Of a stretch of DNA of 64,000 bases, positions 9,159-17,787 are shown piece by piece. The stretch is from Minisyncoccia bacterium (lineage in GTDB: Bacteria > Patescibacteriota > Minisyncoccia > Phycocordibacterales > UBA918). The position numbers and the translations under genes are program-made. Position 1 is the first letter of the stretch, and each line of letters starts with the position of its first letter. The stretch is from the NCBI GenBank assembly GCA_041742075.1, contig JBGSJJ010000015.1:1132-65131 (forward strand), given 5' to 3'. The notes under the pieces are model-generated. The model ran no database searches. It was not told the DNA's origin and was given only the letters and a program-made list of their open reading frames with translations.

Positions 9159-9638
9159 TTAGACTACTTTGGTTTCTTCCTCTGTCGGTACTACTTCAGC
9201 TGGAGTTTCCTCAACTACTGCAGTCGCAACTTCTTCAACCGGAGTGGCGGCGGCTTCTTCGGCTGCCTGCGCAACTGCGAGTGCCTCAGCTTCTGCCTTT
9301 GCCTTCGCGTCAGCTTCTGCTTTCTTAGCATCTTCCGCAGCCTTAATAGCGGCTTCGTCGATAATTGGAGACTTCTTAGAAAGCGCGTTTACTTTCTTGC
9401 CTTCAATCACTTTCTTCGTAATAAGAAGATTGTGTACGGTATCAGAAGGCTGTACTCCCTTACTCATCCAGTCAGTCACTTTCGCGCTGTCAATAATAAA
9501 ATGCTTTGTTTTTGGGTTGTATGAACCAACCTGATCCACGTGCTTATTGCTCTTTGGACCAGTTCGTTTATCAGTGACCACAATCCGGTACGACGGATCG
9601 TTTTTTCGGCCAACTCGTTGTAATCGCATCATTAACAT
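9159..9638 (-). CDS. rpsP: 30S ribosomal protein S16 with a long Ala/Glu/Lys-rich C-terminal extension. Start taken at MLMMRLQRVGR; the ORF track extends it to 9689.
   Basis: MRLQRVGRKNDPSYRIVVTDKRTGPKSNKHVDQVGSYNPKT matches bS16. Confidence 0.85.
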   Translation of the reverse strand: MLMMRLQRVGRKNDPSYRIVVTDKRTGPKSNKHVDQVGSYNPKTKHFIIDSAKVTDWMSKGVQPSDTVHNLLITKKVIEGKKVNALSKKSPIIDEAAIKAAEDAKKAEADAKAKAEAEALAVAQAAEEAAATPVEEVATAVVEETPAEVVPTEEETKVV

Positions 9639-9685
9639 ATAGTGGCCAGAAGAGTAACAGAAAGCACTGTTTTGGTCAATAGACA

Positions 9686-9720
9686 GCAAAATCCGCCCGA
9701 GTCAAAGCTGGCTCGGGCGG
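9686..9720 (-). terminator. Terminator hairpin CCGCCCGAG-N10-CTCGGGCGG followed by a T-tract on the minus strand. Terminates the islet-1 gene.
   Basis: GC-rich stem plus ATTTTGCTG on minus. Confidence 0.55.
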
Positions 9721-9751
9721 AGGAATGTGGGTGGTGGCGTGCTACAGGAAC

Positions 9752-10084
9752 TTACTGTTGGGGGAAGACTGTGAACAGTTCGGCTCGAGTACTCTCGTCC
9801 ATCTGACTAAGGATGTCTTCAGAAACCCAAACCGGGATAGTGCGCTTCGTGGGTCTCGGCGACTTCCAAACCGGTACATCGGGATCATCTGACCCCGTTA
9901 TGAGCCCAACGAGCTTATCGAGCGGTAATGGATCATCGTTCAGGGTATATGTTCGGCACAGATTAAGGAGCGGCGCACGGCCATATATTTCAGCGTCGAA
10001 ACCCAACCCCGATCTTTCGTGTACAACGATAGCCAAGTGCTGTTGTGCTGGTGGTACAGCACTGACGATGGTGACTTTCGGCAT
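9752..10084 (-). CDS. Hypothetical small protein (110 aa) in GC-rich islet 1. Paralog of the protein at 32078-32389.
   Basis: Local GC about 55-58% against a genome near 47%. Its own TTGACA...TATAAG-like promoter, an aaaagga RBS and a terminator. Shared motif CRxxxxx(D/E)D(P/Y)P...P(L/V)D...(L/I)VLI with the islet-2 protein. Confidence 0.5.
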   Translation of the reverse strand: MPKVTIVSAVPPAQQHLAIVVHERSGLGFDAEIYGRAPLLNLCRTYTLNDDPLPLDKLVGLITGSDDPDVPVWKSPRPTKRTIPVWVSEDILSQMDESTRAELFTVFPQQ

Positions 10085-10184
10085 GTTGGTTTTCCTTTTC
10101 CACGACTTGCAACTGAAGCCACCTTATAACAAATACACCGTTTGTCAATACTGAGCATTTCTGCTAAACTCAAGCCACTTATTT

Positions 10185-12143
10185 ATGACTACAGAAACAT
10201 ATACTGGACCACTCATGGTTCGTGGCAAAGGGGTCGGTTTTTTTAGAAGGCCAGAAGCACTCGAAGACGAAGAAGACATCGTTATTACTACCGAACAACT
10301 CGGGTTTGCACTTGATGGCGATATTGTTGAAATTACCCTTCTTCCGAAGGTAGCCGGCCGGCGGCGCGAAGGCAAAGTTACAAAAGTAGTAGAGTCCGCT
10401 CGGACTGAGTTTATTGGCGTGGTTCGGGCCCCTGAAGGGACCAGGACGACTCATTTCATGGTGTGTGATAATACCCGCATCCACATAAAGTTTTTGCTTC
10501 CTGAAGCCTCAAGTGACCTTGTAGGCATGAAAGTAGTGGTCACTATACGTGAGTGGAAAAATCCCCTGACTGAGCCAATTGCCACTATTATTGAAACTCT
10601 CGGCAAAGCAGGTGATCATGAAACTGAAATGCAGGCTATCATACGAGGTGGCGGTTTTTCGGAAAATTTCCTACCGCCGATTCAAGAAGCTGGGCAGGCA
10701 CTCTACGATAACCGCGAGCAGATATTTGCTGACGCGGTAACTGCCACACTCGGAGAAAACCCTACCAGGCGGGATATGCGTGATCGACTGACGATGACGA
10801 TTGACCCGAAAGACGCGAAAGACTTTGACGATGCGCTGTCGCTCCATGTACTTCCTGACGGTAACTACGAAATTGGTATCCACATTGCCGACGTCTCACA
10901 CTACGTTCGGGAAGGTGACGTAATTGACCAAGAAGCCCAGCATCGCGGAACTTCTATTTATTTAGTCGACCGGGTGATTCCGATGCTTCCTGAAGTCTTA
11001 AGTAACGACCTTTGTTCACTTCGGCCACACGAAGACCGACTGTCTTTTTCAGCCGTGTTCACCATGAACGATGACGCTCAGATAGTGAGTGAGTGGTACG
11101 GTCAAACCATCATCCACTCCAACCGACGCTTTAGCTATGAAGAGGCCCAAGAAGTTTTAGATACCCAAAGTGGCGACAATCTCGAAGAACTGAATACCAT
11201 GATGCGGCTCGGGCGACTGCTCCGCGCACGACGGTTTAAAGACGGCGCGATTGCCTTTGAGCAACCAGAGGTGCGTTTCGAACTCGATGAAAACGGCAAG
11301 CCAATCCGAGCATACACTAAGGTGCGTACCGAAACTATGCTCATGATTGAGGACTTTATGCTTCTTGCGAACCAAAAGGTTACTGAGTACATTTACACCC
11401 TCACTAAAAGTAAAAGCAAAGACGCCGCCTTTATCTATCGTATTCACGATTCACCGGACCCAGACAAAATTGAAGAGCTAGCGATTTTTATTCACGCGCT
11501 TGGGTATGAGTTTGAGACGAACAAAGGTCTCGTTACAGCCAAAAACATCAACAAGCTGTTGAAAGAAGTTGAGGGTAAGCCAGAAGAAAACCTCATCAAA
11601 ACCGCGACGATTCGATCAATGGCAAAAGCGGTGTACTCTACCCGCAACATCGGCCACTTTGGTCTCGCTTTTAAGTACTACACCCACTTCACCTCTCCGA
11701 TTCGTCGTTACCCCGACCTGATGGCTCATCGACTCCTCAGGAAACACCTAGACGGTGTCACGATTAGCAGTCGCGAGATGTCACACAATGAACGACTGGC
11801 TGTGCAGTGTTCAGAACGGGAGATGTACGCGGTGCGTGCCGAACGTGACTCCATCAAGTTTAAACAAGTGGAGTTCATGCTTGATAAAGTCGGACAGACT
11901 TTTAAAGGGATTGTTACCGGTGTGGCTGAATGGGGTATCTATGTGCAAGAGGTTGAATCGCAAGCTGAAGGGTTAGTTCGCCTTGCCTCAATTAAAGGTG
12001 ATTATTTCAATCACGAACCAAAGTCTTATCGCGTCAAAGGTGAGAAAACCGGTGCTGCTTTCGCACTTGGTGATGAGGTAACTATGAAGCTCACCCGCGC
12101 CTCACTTGAAGACAGGCAACTCGATTTTGAGCTCGTAAAATAG
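10185..12143 (+). CDS. rnr: Ribonuclease R / RNase II family 3'-5' exoribonuclease.
   Basis: 652 aa. RNB domain HIADVSHYV, N-terminal cold-shock/OB region, S1-like C-terminus. Confidence 0.9.
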   Translation: MTTETYTGPLMVRGKGVGFFRRPEALEDEEDIVITTEQLGFALDGDIVEITLLPKVAGRRREGKVTKVVESARTEFIGVVRAPEGTRTTHFMVCDNTRIHIKFLLPEASSDLVGMKVVVTIREWKNPLTEPIATIIETLGKAGDHETEMQAIIRGGGFSENFLPPIQEAGQALYDNREQIFADAVTATLGENPTRRDMRDRLTMTIDPKDAKDFDDALSLHVLPDGNYEIGIHIADVSHYVREGDVIDQEAQHRGTSIYLVDRVIPMLPEVLSNDLCSLRPHEDRLSFSAVFTMNDDAQIVSEWYGQTIIHSNRRFSYEEAQEVLDTQSGDNLEELNTMMRLGRLLRARRFKDGAIAFEQPEVRFELDENGKPIRAYTKVRTETMLMIEDFMLLANQKVTEYIYTLTKSKSKDAAFIYRIHDSPDPDKIEELAIFIHALGYEFETNKGLVTAKNINKLLKEVEGKPEENLIKTATIRSMAKAVYSTRNIGHFGLAFKYYTHFTSPIRRYPDLMAHRLLRKHLDGVTISSREMSHNERLAVQCSEREMYAVRAERDSIKFKQVEFMLDKVGQTFKGIVTGVAEWGIYVQEVESQAEGLVRLASIKGDYFNHEPKSYRVKGEKTGAAFALGDEVTMKLTRASLEDRQLDFELVK

Positions 12144-12150
12144 TCTATAT

Positions 12151-12196
12151 AAAAACAAAGAGCCGGCGCACTTCGTGCGCCGGCTCTTTGGTTTTG
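12151..12196. terminator. Bidirectional terminator AAAGAGCCGGCGCAC-ttc-GTGCGCCGGCTCTTT + GGTTTTG, between rnr(+) and smc(-).
   Basis: Perfect 15-bp GC-rich stem with flanking A/T tracts. Confidence 0.8.
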
Positions 12197-14470
12197 CTAT
12201 TTAGCCACTGTTGCAGCTTCGTCAAACTTTACCGACAAAAGCTTTGATACCCCATCACCTCCCATCGTCACGCCATAGAGTATGCCGGCCCGACTCATTG
12301 TCTCGCGATTGTGCGTAATTAAAATAAGTTGAGACTTTTGGGCTAACGCCTCAATCATGTCACCGTAGCGTCGACTATTAGCCTCATCAAGCGCTGCATC
12401 GGTTTCATCAAGAATAATAAACAGCGGCGGATTGACCTGACTCATAGCAAAAATAAGCGCGATTGAAGTCAGTGCTCGCTCCCCGCCTGAAAGCATCTCG
12501 AGACCGCGCACCCGCTTGTTTGGCAGTTTAACATCAAGCTCAATACCCTCTTCACCTTCCTCCTCCTCAGTCAGGTCAGTTTCTGTATCTTCTTCAAGTA
12601 CTGTCTCGTCTGCTTTTTTTCGTACTTTTGGCTTTACTCGCACCAGGTTAGCTTCCCCGCCACCAAACATAAGTATGAAAAAACGATTGAATTCTGTGCC
12701 GATTTTCTCAATACCAGTTATAAAATACCCACTCAGTTCGGCAGTGAGTTCAGCCATAAGTGTCTCTAGTTTCGTCACCGACTCTTCAAGGTCGGTAATT
12801 TCACGCACTAAAAACTCATCTCGTTCTTTGACTTCTTTGTATTCTTTTTCAATGTCAGCATTTACACCACCGAGTTCCTCTAGGCGAATTTTAATTTTTT
12901 CGAGCTCGCGTCTTCGTTCGTACTGTTTCGTTCTTTCCTCGCTTGCAATGTGCGCCAGGCTTAAAGAAGCACCATCTTGCATGACTTCAAGTTCATAATA
13001 CAGTGAGGCATCGCGACCAAGCAGGGTAACTGCTTCTTGCAGTTCACGCTTAAACTCTTCTCGCTCCCGTTCGAGAACGTTCCGCTCGTGATTTATTCTC
13101 GAGATAACTGCTTCGCATTCTCGCTGTGCTCCCATAACACGGAAAATTTCACGCTCTGCCTCCCGACTCTCAGACTGTTCCGACTCAATTGAAGCTCTCA
13201 GTTTTTTGTAGGCCTCTCTACGCTCTTCTTCTGATTTTTCACACTCGATTATTTGCTTAGCTAGTTCGGCGTGTTCTTTTTGTAACTCATCTAATTCCTT
13301 TTCTTCCGCATTGGTATTAGCGCTGACTGAACCGAGGGCAGTCTGAAGAAACTTCTTACCCAAATGCACCACATCAGACAAAGCTCGCTGAAGTAACGGA
13401 ACTTCAGTACTGATAAGTGAGCGGGTGGCCATATCTTCAAGCGCACTTATAAATCGCTTTACTTCACCCACTGGTATTGGAGCGTCGCTTTCGCTTTGAC
13501 TGACCCGCTCCATCTCGACAATTCTACGCTTGATATAGTCTACCTGCCCTTCAATGTTGCCACTTTTTCGAACCAGTCCTTGTCTTTTTTCTCGCACTTC
13601 TTTTGTCTCGCGCTCAAGCTGAAGCAACTCATCACTTTTAGCATCACGCTCGTGCATCTTGAGTAATTCTTTCGCTTGCGCCAGCTCACTCTCGAGCACT
13701 TCAAGTTGCTTAGTCGGTACCCGTATCTCTTTATCAAGTCTGTCATGATGCCAGGCAATATACGTATCCTCACGCTTGAGGTACTCAGCATAGACAGTAC
13801 CAAGTTCAGCCCGGAGCGAAATAGCTCGCTCAATTTTTTTAATTTGCCGTTCCAAAAATTGAATGTGGGGTGCGACCTCTCGCCTAAGAGACTGTACCTT
13901 TTCTATATTCTCCCTTGTCTTCACAAGCTTCTTATCAGCATCAGCAATCTTGTACTGATATACCTTGAGACCAAGGGCATCTTCGATCATTTCTCGGCGT
14001 TCCTTTGGACCAGCTGAGAGAATACGGTCGGCTTCACCTTGCGAAATAATATGGTGGCCAGTGGTACCAATGTTGGCGGCAGCTAGAAGCTCTTGGACGT
14101 CTTTCAGACGGACTTTTGAACCATTTATCAAGTACTCATTTTGACCATCGCGGTGAACTATACGCTCCACTACAATCTCATCAAAATCAACCCGAAACAC
14201 TCGACTGCGGTTATCGAGTACTACTACCACTGAAGCGCGGTTTGACCTTGAAACTGATTCTGAACCACCAAAAATAAGGTCTTCCCCTTTCTTCCCCCGC
14301 ATTGACTTAAGTGACTGTTCTCCAAGTACAAAGCGAAACGATTCGGCGACGTTACTCTTCCCGGAACCGTTTGGTCCCACTATGGCCGTAATCGGGGCAC
14401 TGAACTCAAGCTCGCCTTTCTTAGCGAATGATTTAAATCCTGAAATAGTAAGGTGCTTGAGGTACATCAA
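12197..14470 (-). CDS. smc: SMC-family chromosome segregation ATPase, short form (757 aa, no recognisable hinge).
   Basis: N-terminal Walker A GPNGSGKSN, extensive coiled coil, C-terminal LSGGERALTSIALIFA...ILDETDAALD signature and Walker B. The rnc-(pilin)-smc order recalls the rnc-smc synteny of Firmicutes. Confidence 0.7.
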   Translation of the reverse strand: MMYLKHLTISGFKSFAKKGELEFSAPITAIVGPNGSGKSNVAESFRFVLGEQSLKSMRGKKGEDLIFGGSESVSRSNRASVVVVLDNRSRVFRVDFDEIVVERIVHRDGQNEYLINGSKVRLKDVQELLAAANIGTTGHHIISQGEADRILSAGPKERREMIEDALGLKVYQYKIADADKKLVKTRENIEKVQSLRREVAPHIQFLERQIKKIERAISLRAELGTVYAEYLKREDTYIAWHHDRLDKEIRVPTKQLEVLESELAQAKELLKMHERDAKSDELLQLERETKEVREKRQGLVRKSGNIEGQVDYIKRRIVEMERVSQSESDAPIPVGEVKRFISALEDMATRSLISTEVPLLQRALSDVVHLGKKFLQTALGSVSANTNAEEKELDELQKEHAELAKQIIECEKSEEERREAYKKLRASIESEQSESREAEREIFRVMGAQRECEAVISRINHERNVLEREREEFKRELQEAVTLLGRDASLYYELEVMQDGASLSLAHIASEERTKQYERRRELEKIKIRLEELGGVNADIEKEYKEVKERDEFLVREITDLEESVTKLETLMAELTAELSGYFITGIEKIGTEFNRFFILMFGGGEANLVRVKPKVRKKADETVLEEDTETDLTEEEEGEEGIELDVKLPNKRVRGLEMLSGGERALTSIALIFAMSQVNPPLFIILDETDAALDEANSRRYGDMIEALAQKSQLILITHNRETMSRAGILYGVTMGGDGVSKLLSVKFDEAATVAK

Positions 14471-14485
14471 GGAGTAGGTTACGTT

Positions 14486-14947
14486 CTAGAAGTTTTCGCA
14501 CGGTATCACAGGCGCAGGGTAACTCGCATCAGCTGCTGGCGCCGAAACATTGAGGCTTTTAACATAACAACTACCAGTTCTTGATTCAAAACGTGCCCTG
14601 AGGGTGTATTCTGATTCGGAGACACTTGGGGTATATGAATACAAGTAGGGCGTCACATTGCGTGGATCTACCGGCATAGCGCCTAATACCCTTTGCTGTA
14701 CCAACCCACCAGTACCACTTGGGTTGGTAAATTCATTGCTAGTAGGGTAATCGCCATTTTTCTCACGATACAGAGCAAGGGCCAATTCGATGGTTTTCAA
14801 GTCTGAGACACGAGCCTTATCACGTGACTGCGTACGGGCGGAGCTTAAATTGGCAAAAACTACAGCGGCCAAGATACCAATAATTGCAATTACTACCAAG
14901 AGTTCAATAAGCGTAAAGCCGTTTTGGTACAAGCGATTATTTTTCAT
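14486..14947 (-). CDS. Type IV pilin / pseudopilin-like protein with a class III prepilin signal. Start taken at MKNNRLYQNG; the ORF track extends it to 15013.
   Basis: GFTLIELLVVIAIIGILAAV N-methylation motif and hydrophobic helix. Confidence 0.75.
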   Translation of the reverse strand: MKNNRLYQNGFTLIELLVVIAIIGILAAVVFANLSSARTQSRDKARVSDLKTIELALALYREKNGDYPTSNEFTNPSGTGGLVQQRVLGAMPVDPRNVTPYLYSYTPSVSESEYTLRARFESRTGSCYVKSLNVSAPAADASYPAPVIPCENF

Positions 14948-15069
14948 ATACCTTCTATAGTAACACGCACACAAACCCCAGGGACACTTCGCGTCCCTGG
15001 GGTTTGTTAACAAACTATCTTATGAAAGTGTGCGCCAAAACACATTTTTCTAAACAAGCAATTACGTAT

Positions 15070-15194
15070 AAAGCAAAGCAATTTTGAATAGAGTGCGCGG
15101 CGCTAACAAAAAATAATGAGAGGCGTACTTAGTGGTACGATGAAAATTATTTTTTGTGTAGCAACAAAGCAATCTGTCAAAATTGCTTTGCTTT
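15070..15194. repeat. 18-nt perfect inverted repeat AAAGCAAAGCAATTTTGA / TCAAAATTGCTTTGCTTT enclosing about 90 nt (with a nested 9-bp hairpin), immediately 3' of the rnc stop.
   Basis: Perfect complementarity read from the sequence. The right arm abuts the rnc stop codon. Confidence 0.6.
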
Positions 15195-15912
15195 ACCAAC
15201 CTTTGGCCTCAATGGCTTTAAGTGCCGCCTCCTGCTCCGCCTCCTGTTTTGCCCTTCCCTTACCTTCGGCTACTTTCGCTTTACCGATAAACACTCCGAC
15301 GGTAAAAATCCGGTCATGGTCAGGTCCTTCCTGTCCCAACGTCTCATAGGTAGGCGTTACGTTAGCATGTTCTTGTGCCAACTCTTGGAAGCGACTCTTC
15401 GGATCTTGCCACAAACGGCGCGCAATAATGTCTTCCGTCTTTTTAAAGAGTTGCTTAGAAATAAAATCCTTGGCTATTTCGTACCCTTGGTCTAAGTACA
15501 AAGCCCCAATAAACGCTTCAAACACATTCGCAAGAATGTACTGCCTAGCTCTACCAGTATCTTTTGCTTCCCCCTTCGACATAAGGAGATATTCGTTTAC
15601 CTCAAGTTTGAGGGCGGCTTCCGAAAGTGAGACGGTGTTTACGAGAGCTGCCCTGATAGCTGTCAATTCCCCTTCCGGTTTATCTGGGTAGGTACGATAC
15701 AGATAATCAGTCACGACTAATTCTAGTACCGCATCGCCAAGAAACTCCAGACGTTCGTTATGGTCTTGCTCTGCTTCACGGTGCTCATTTAGGTATGAAC
15801 GGTGGGTAATCGCAGTAAGCAAGAACGACTTATCAGTGAAGGTATACCCCAAAATAGCCTCAAGCGAGCTTAAGTCAGCGCTAATGTTTCTTTCGCCAAT
15901 GTCTTTTGTCAT
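15193..15912 (-). CDS. rnc: Ribonuclease III.
   Basis: ERLEFLGDAVL signature, C-terminal dsRBD. Confidence 0.92.
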   Translation of the reverse strand: MTKDIGERNISADLSSLEAILGYTFTDKSFLLTAITHRSYLNEHREAEQDHNERLEFLGDAVLELVVTDYLYRTYPDKPEGELTAIRAALVNTVSLSEAALKLEVNEYLLMSKGEAKDTGRARQYILANVFEAFIGALYLDQGYEIAKDFISKQLFKKTEDIIARRLWQDPKSRFQELAQEHANVTPTYETLGQEGPDHDRIFTVGVFIGKAKVAEGKGRAKQEAEQEAALKAIEAKGW

Positions 15913-15958
15913 AGCAAGTAGAGTCGATGCACACTAGCACATTTTTACAAATGTGCCA

Positions 15959-16861
15959 CTAGTTGCTCCCTCGACTCACCAAAATAGTGACTGCTTTTGT
16001 TACAATCGGTAGAATATCCTCATAGAAGTTAAGTTCGAGGATTTCGGACACTTTAAACCAGCGCGCGTCATCAAGACCACCCTTCTTCTCGAGCGTTAGT
16101 TCAGTATAGTCGCCTTTGGCGAGGAAGTAGGTCACTTGCTTGCGGACTTTTCCGAGTTCTGGATGCGACGCCACATATTCGTTCTTACCAAGCTCAGCTT
16201 CAATGGTGACCGTAAGACCAATTTCTTCACGGAGGGCCCGCCGTGCGCCATCTTCGATAGTTTCCTCATCAGCAATTTTACTTTTTGAAAGTGTCCAGTG
16301 ACCAAAAATGTCGTGCACGAGCGCAAAGTACATATTCCCTCCCTCTTGACTGTAGACGACCGCACCTGAGAGTCGCTGAATCGGCATTTGATCAAATGGG
16401 ATATCTCGCTTTGGCTTTTTACCTATCTCGTCTTTACCTGGTTCACCAATCTCCTTATAGACGGCACCTAAAACACCATTGACGAAGCGGCTGCTGTTTT
16501 CGCCACCAAACTGTTTGGCGAGTTCAATTGCTTCATTAATCGCTACCTTAGCCGGTACCTCTTTTCGGTCAGCAAACAACAGCTCATAGAGGCCTAATCT
16601 TAAAATATTCCTATCAACTGGTGAGATACGGTCAATCGGCCACTCAGGAGCAGCTTTCTCTATTACTTGGTCCAGTTCCGGTTGTTTACCCAAAACACCA
16701 TCGAGTAATTTTTCTATAAAAGGGTTGTCGGTCTTGTTGGGAGCAAACTCCTCAACGTTGCGTTCGAGTACTTCACCGACTTTTTTTCGGTCGATATCAT
16801 TTAAATCCCACTCAAAGAGGGTTTGAAGAACGATGGATCTTGATACGTGTCTATTTGCCAT
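15959..16861 (-). CDS. nusB: Fusion protein: N-terminal NusB antitermination domain plus C-terminal NUDIX hydrolase domain.
   Basis: N-terminus RSIVLQTLFEWDL...NILRLGLYELLF...AINEAIELAKQFGGENSSRFVNGVLGAV (NusB). C-terminus GHWTLSKSKIADEETIEDGARRALREEIGL (Nudix box, Ex7RxLxEExGL-like) within a Nudix-fold segment. Confidence 0.8.
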   Translation of the reverse strand: MANRHVSRSIVLQTLFEWDLNDIDRKKVGEVLERNVEEFAPNKTDNPFIEKLLDGVLGKQPELDQVIEKAAPEWPIDRISPVDRNILRLGLYELLFADRKEVPAKVAINEAIELAKQFGGENSSRFVNGVLGAVYKEIGEPGKDEIGKKPKRDIPFDQMPIQRLSGAVVYSQEGGNMYFALVHDIFGHWTLSKSKIADEETIEDGARRALREEIGLTVTIEAELGKNEYVASHPELGKVRKQVTYFLAKGDYTELTLEKKGGLDDARWFKVSEILELNFYEDILPIVTKAVTILVSRGSN

Positions 16862-16952
16862 AAAAATGTACTAACTGCTACTGTCTATCAGTATACAACC
16901 TATTTAAACAGCAAACACCAAGCATGGCTCGGTGTTTGGGGATACTGGGTTA

Positions 16953-17219
16953 TTACTTAGCTTCGGTAGGATTGTCTGGTGTACCAAGTTGAGACTTAAT
17001 TGCTTCTCGCTTCGCTTGCATACGCGCTTCCCTGGCTTCCTTCACTGCTGTGAGATTCATTACTTGTTTACCGTTGTAAAAACCACAACTAAGGCACATG
17101 TGGTGTGGTCGGTGATGCGCCTTACAGTTTGAACAAACAGCCATTTCTGGCGCAGTAAGAGCGTGGTGTGAACGGCGGTTCTTGGTGTGAGACCGCGTAT
17201 GTCGCATTCGGATTACCAT
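16953..17219 (-). CDS. rpmF: 50S ribosomal protein L32.
   Basis: RHTRSHTKNRRSHHALTAPEMAVCSNCKAHHRPHHMC matches bL32. Confidence 0.85.
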   Translation of the reverse strand: MVIRMRHTRSHTKNRRSHHALTAPEMAVCSNCKAHHRPHHMCLSCGFYNGKQVMNLTAVKEAREARMQAKREAIKSQLGTPDNPTEAK

Positions 17220-17289
17220 AATGGGCCAAACTATAGCAAATGTGGGTAAAAAAGCAAGCCTGCTTAGTAGATAGGCTCAAATAAGCTAT

Positions 17290-17730
17290 TTCGGGCCCAA
17301 AAGAAAAAGACCTCGGGAATCCGGGCCTTTACTACCCCTACTTCTGGGGCAGAGTACCGAGCGAACTCGGCTTGGTATGTCACGGGCCTTCGGCCACGTT
17401 TTGATAGTTTTTGGTCATTTTGAACCCATCCTCTTTTTTTTGCGATCAAGGTCCTTAAAGCGATTGCACTGCTCAAAGCTAGGTGCTGGCTGTGGCAGTC
17501 TCACTGCTGGATCGGTAGGGCAAGCGCCACAGCGCACCCTTACAGCGGGCTGTTTTTCGGCATTTCCCCCGAAAGAACCAGGGAGACCGACCGGCGGTGG
17601 CAGGACAGCGAAAGCAACAAAGTGAGGGCAAGTGCTCTCTGAATTAGGCTTACACGGAACCTTCCTTGACTTTAGAAGGTCAGTCACGACAGGGTCATTT
17701 ACCCTGAGTATAGCTAAACGCAAGACTTTT
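17290..17730. ncRNA. GC-rich noncoding gap, probably a structured RNA. RNase P RNA-like motifs are seen on the plus strand; the identity, strand and ends are unresolved.
   Basis: 570-bp gap between rpmF and rnhB with no plausible ORF and local GC near 58%. Plus-strand motifs: GGGAAUCCGGGCC (CR-I-like), GGGGCAGAG, GGGCCUUCGGCC (UUCG tetraloop), AGCGCACC...GCGGGCUG (P13/14-like), GCAACAAAG, CACGACAG. The minus strand ends in a hairpin followed by a T-tract near 17300. Confidence 0.25.
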
Positions 17731-17787
17731 CTCCCTTATCTTCACGTTTCTTGATTACTTCTTGTAATCAATCTTACTCTACTCCGG

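Noticed and set aside
9169-9534. Plus-strand ORF encoding an Ala/Ser-rich low-complexity peptide.
   Set aside because: It is antisense to the Ala/Glu/Lys-rich tail of rpsP, a mirror-image artefact of low-complexity coding sequence.
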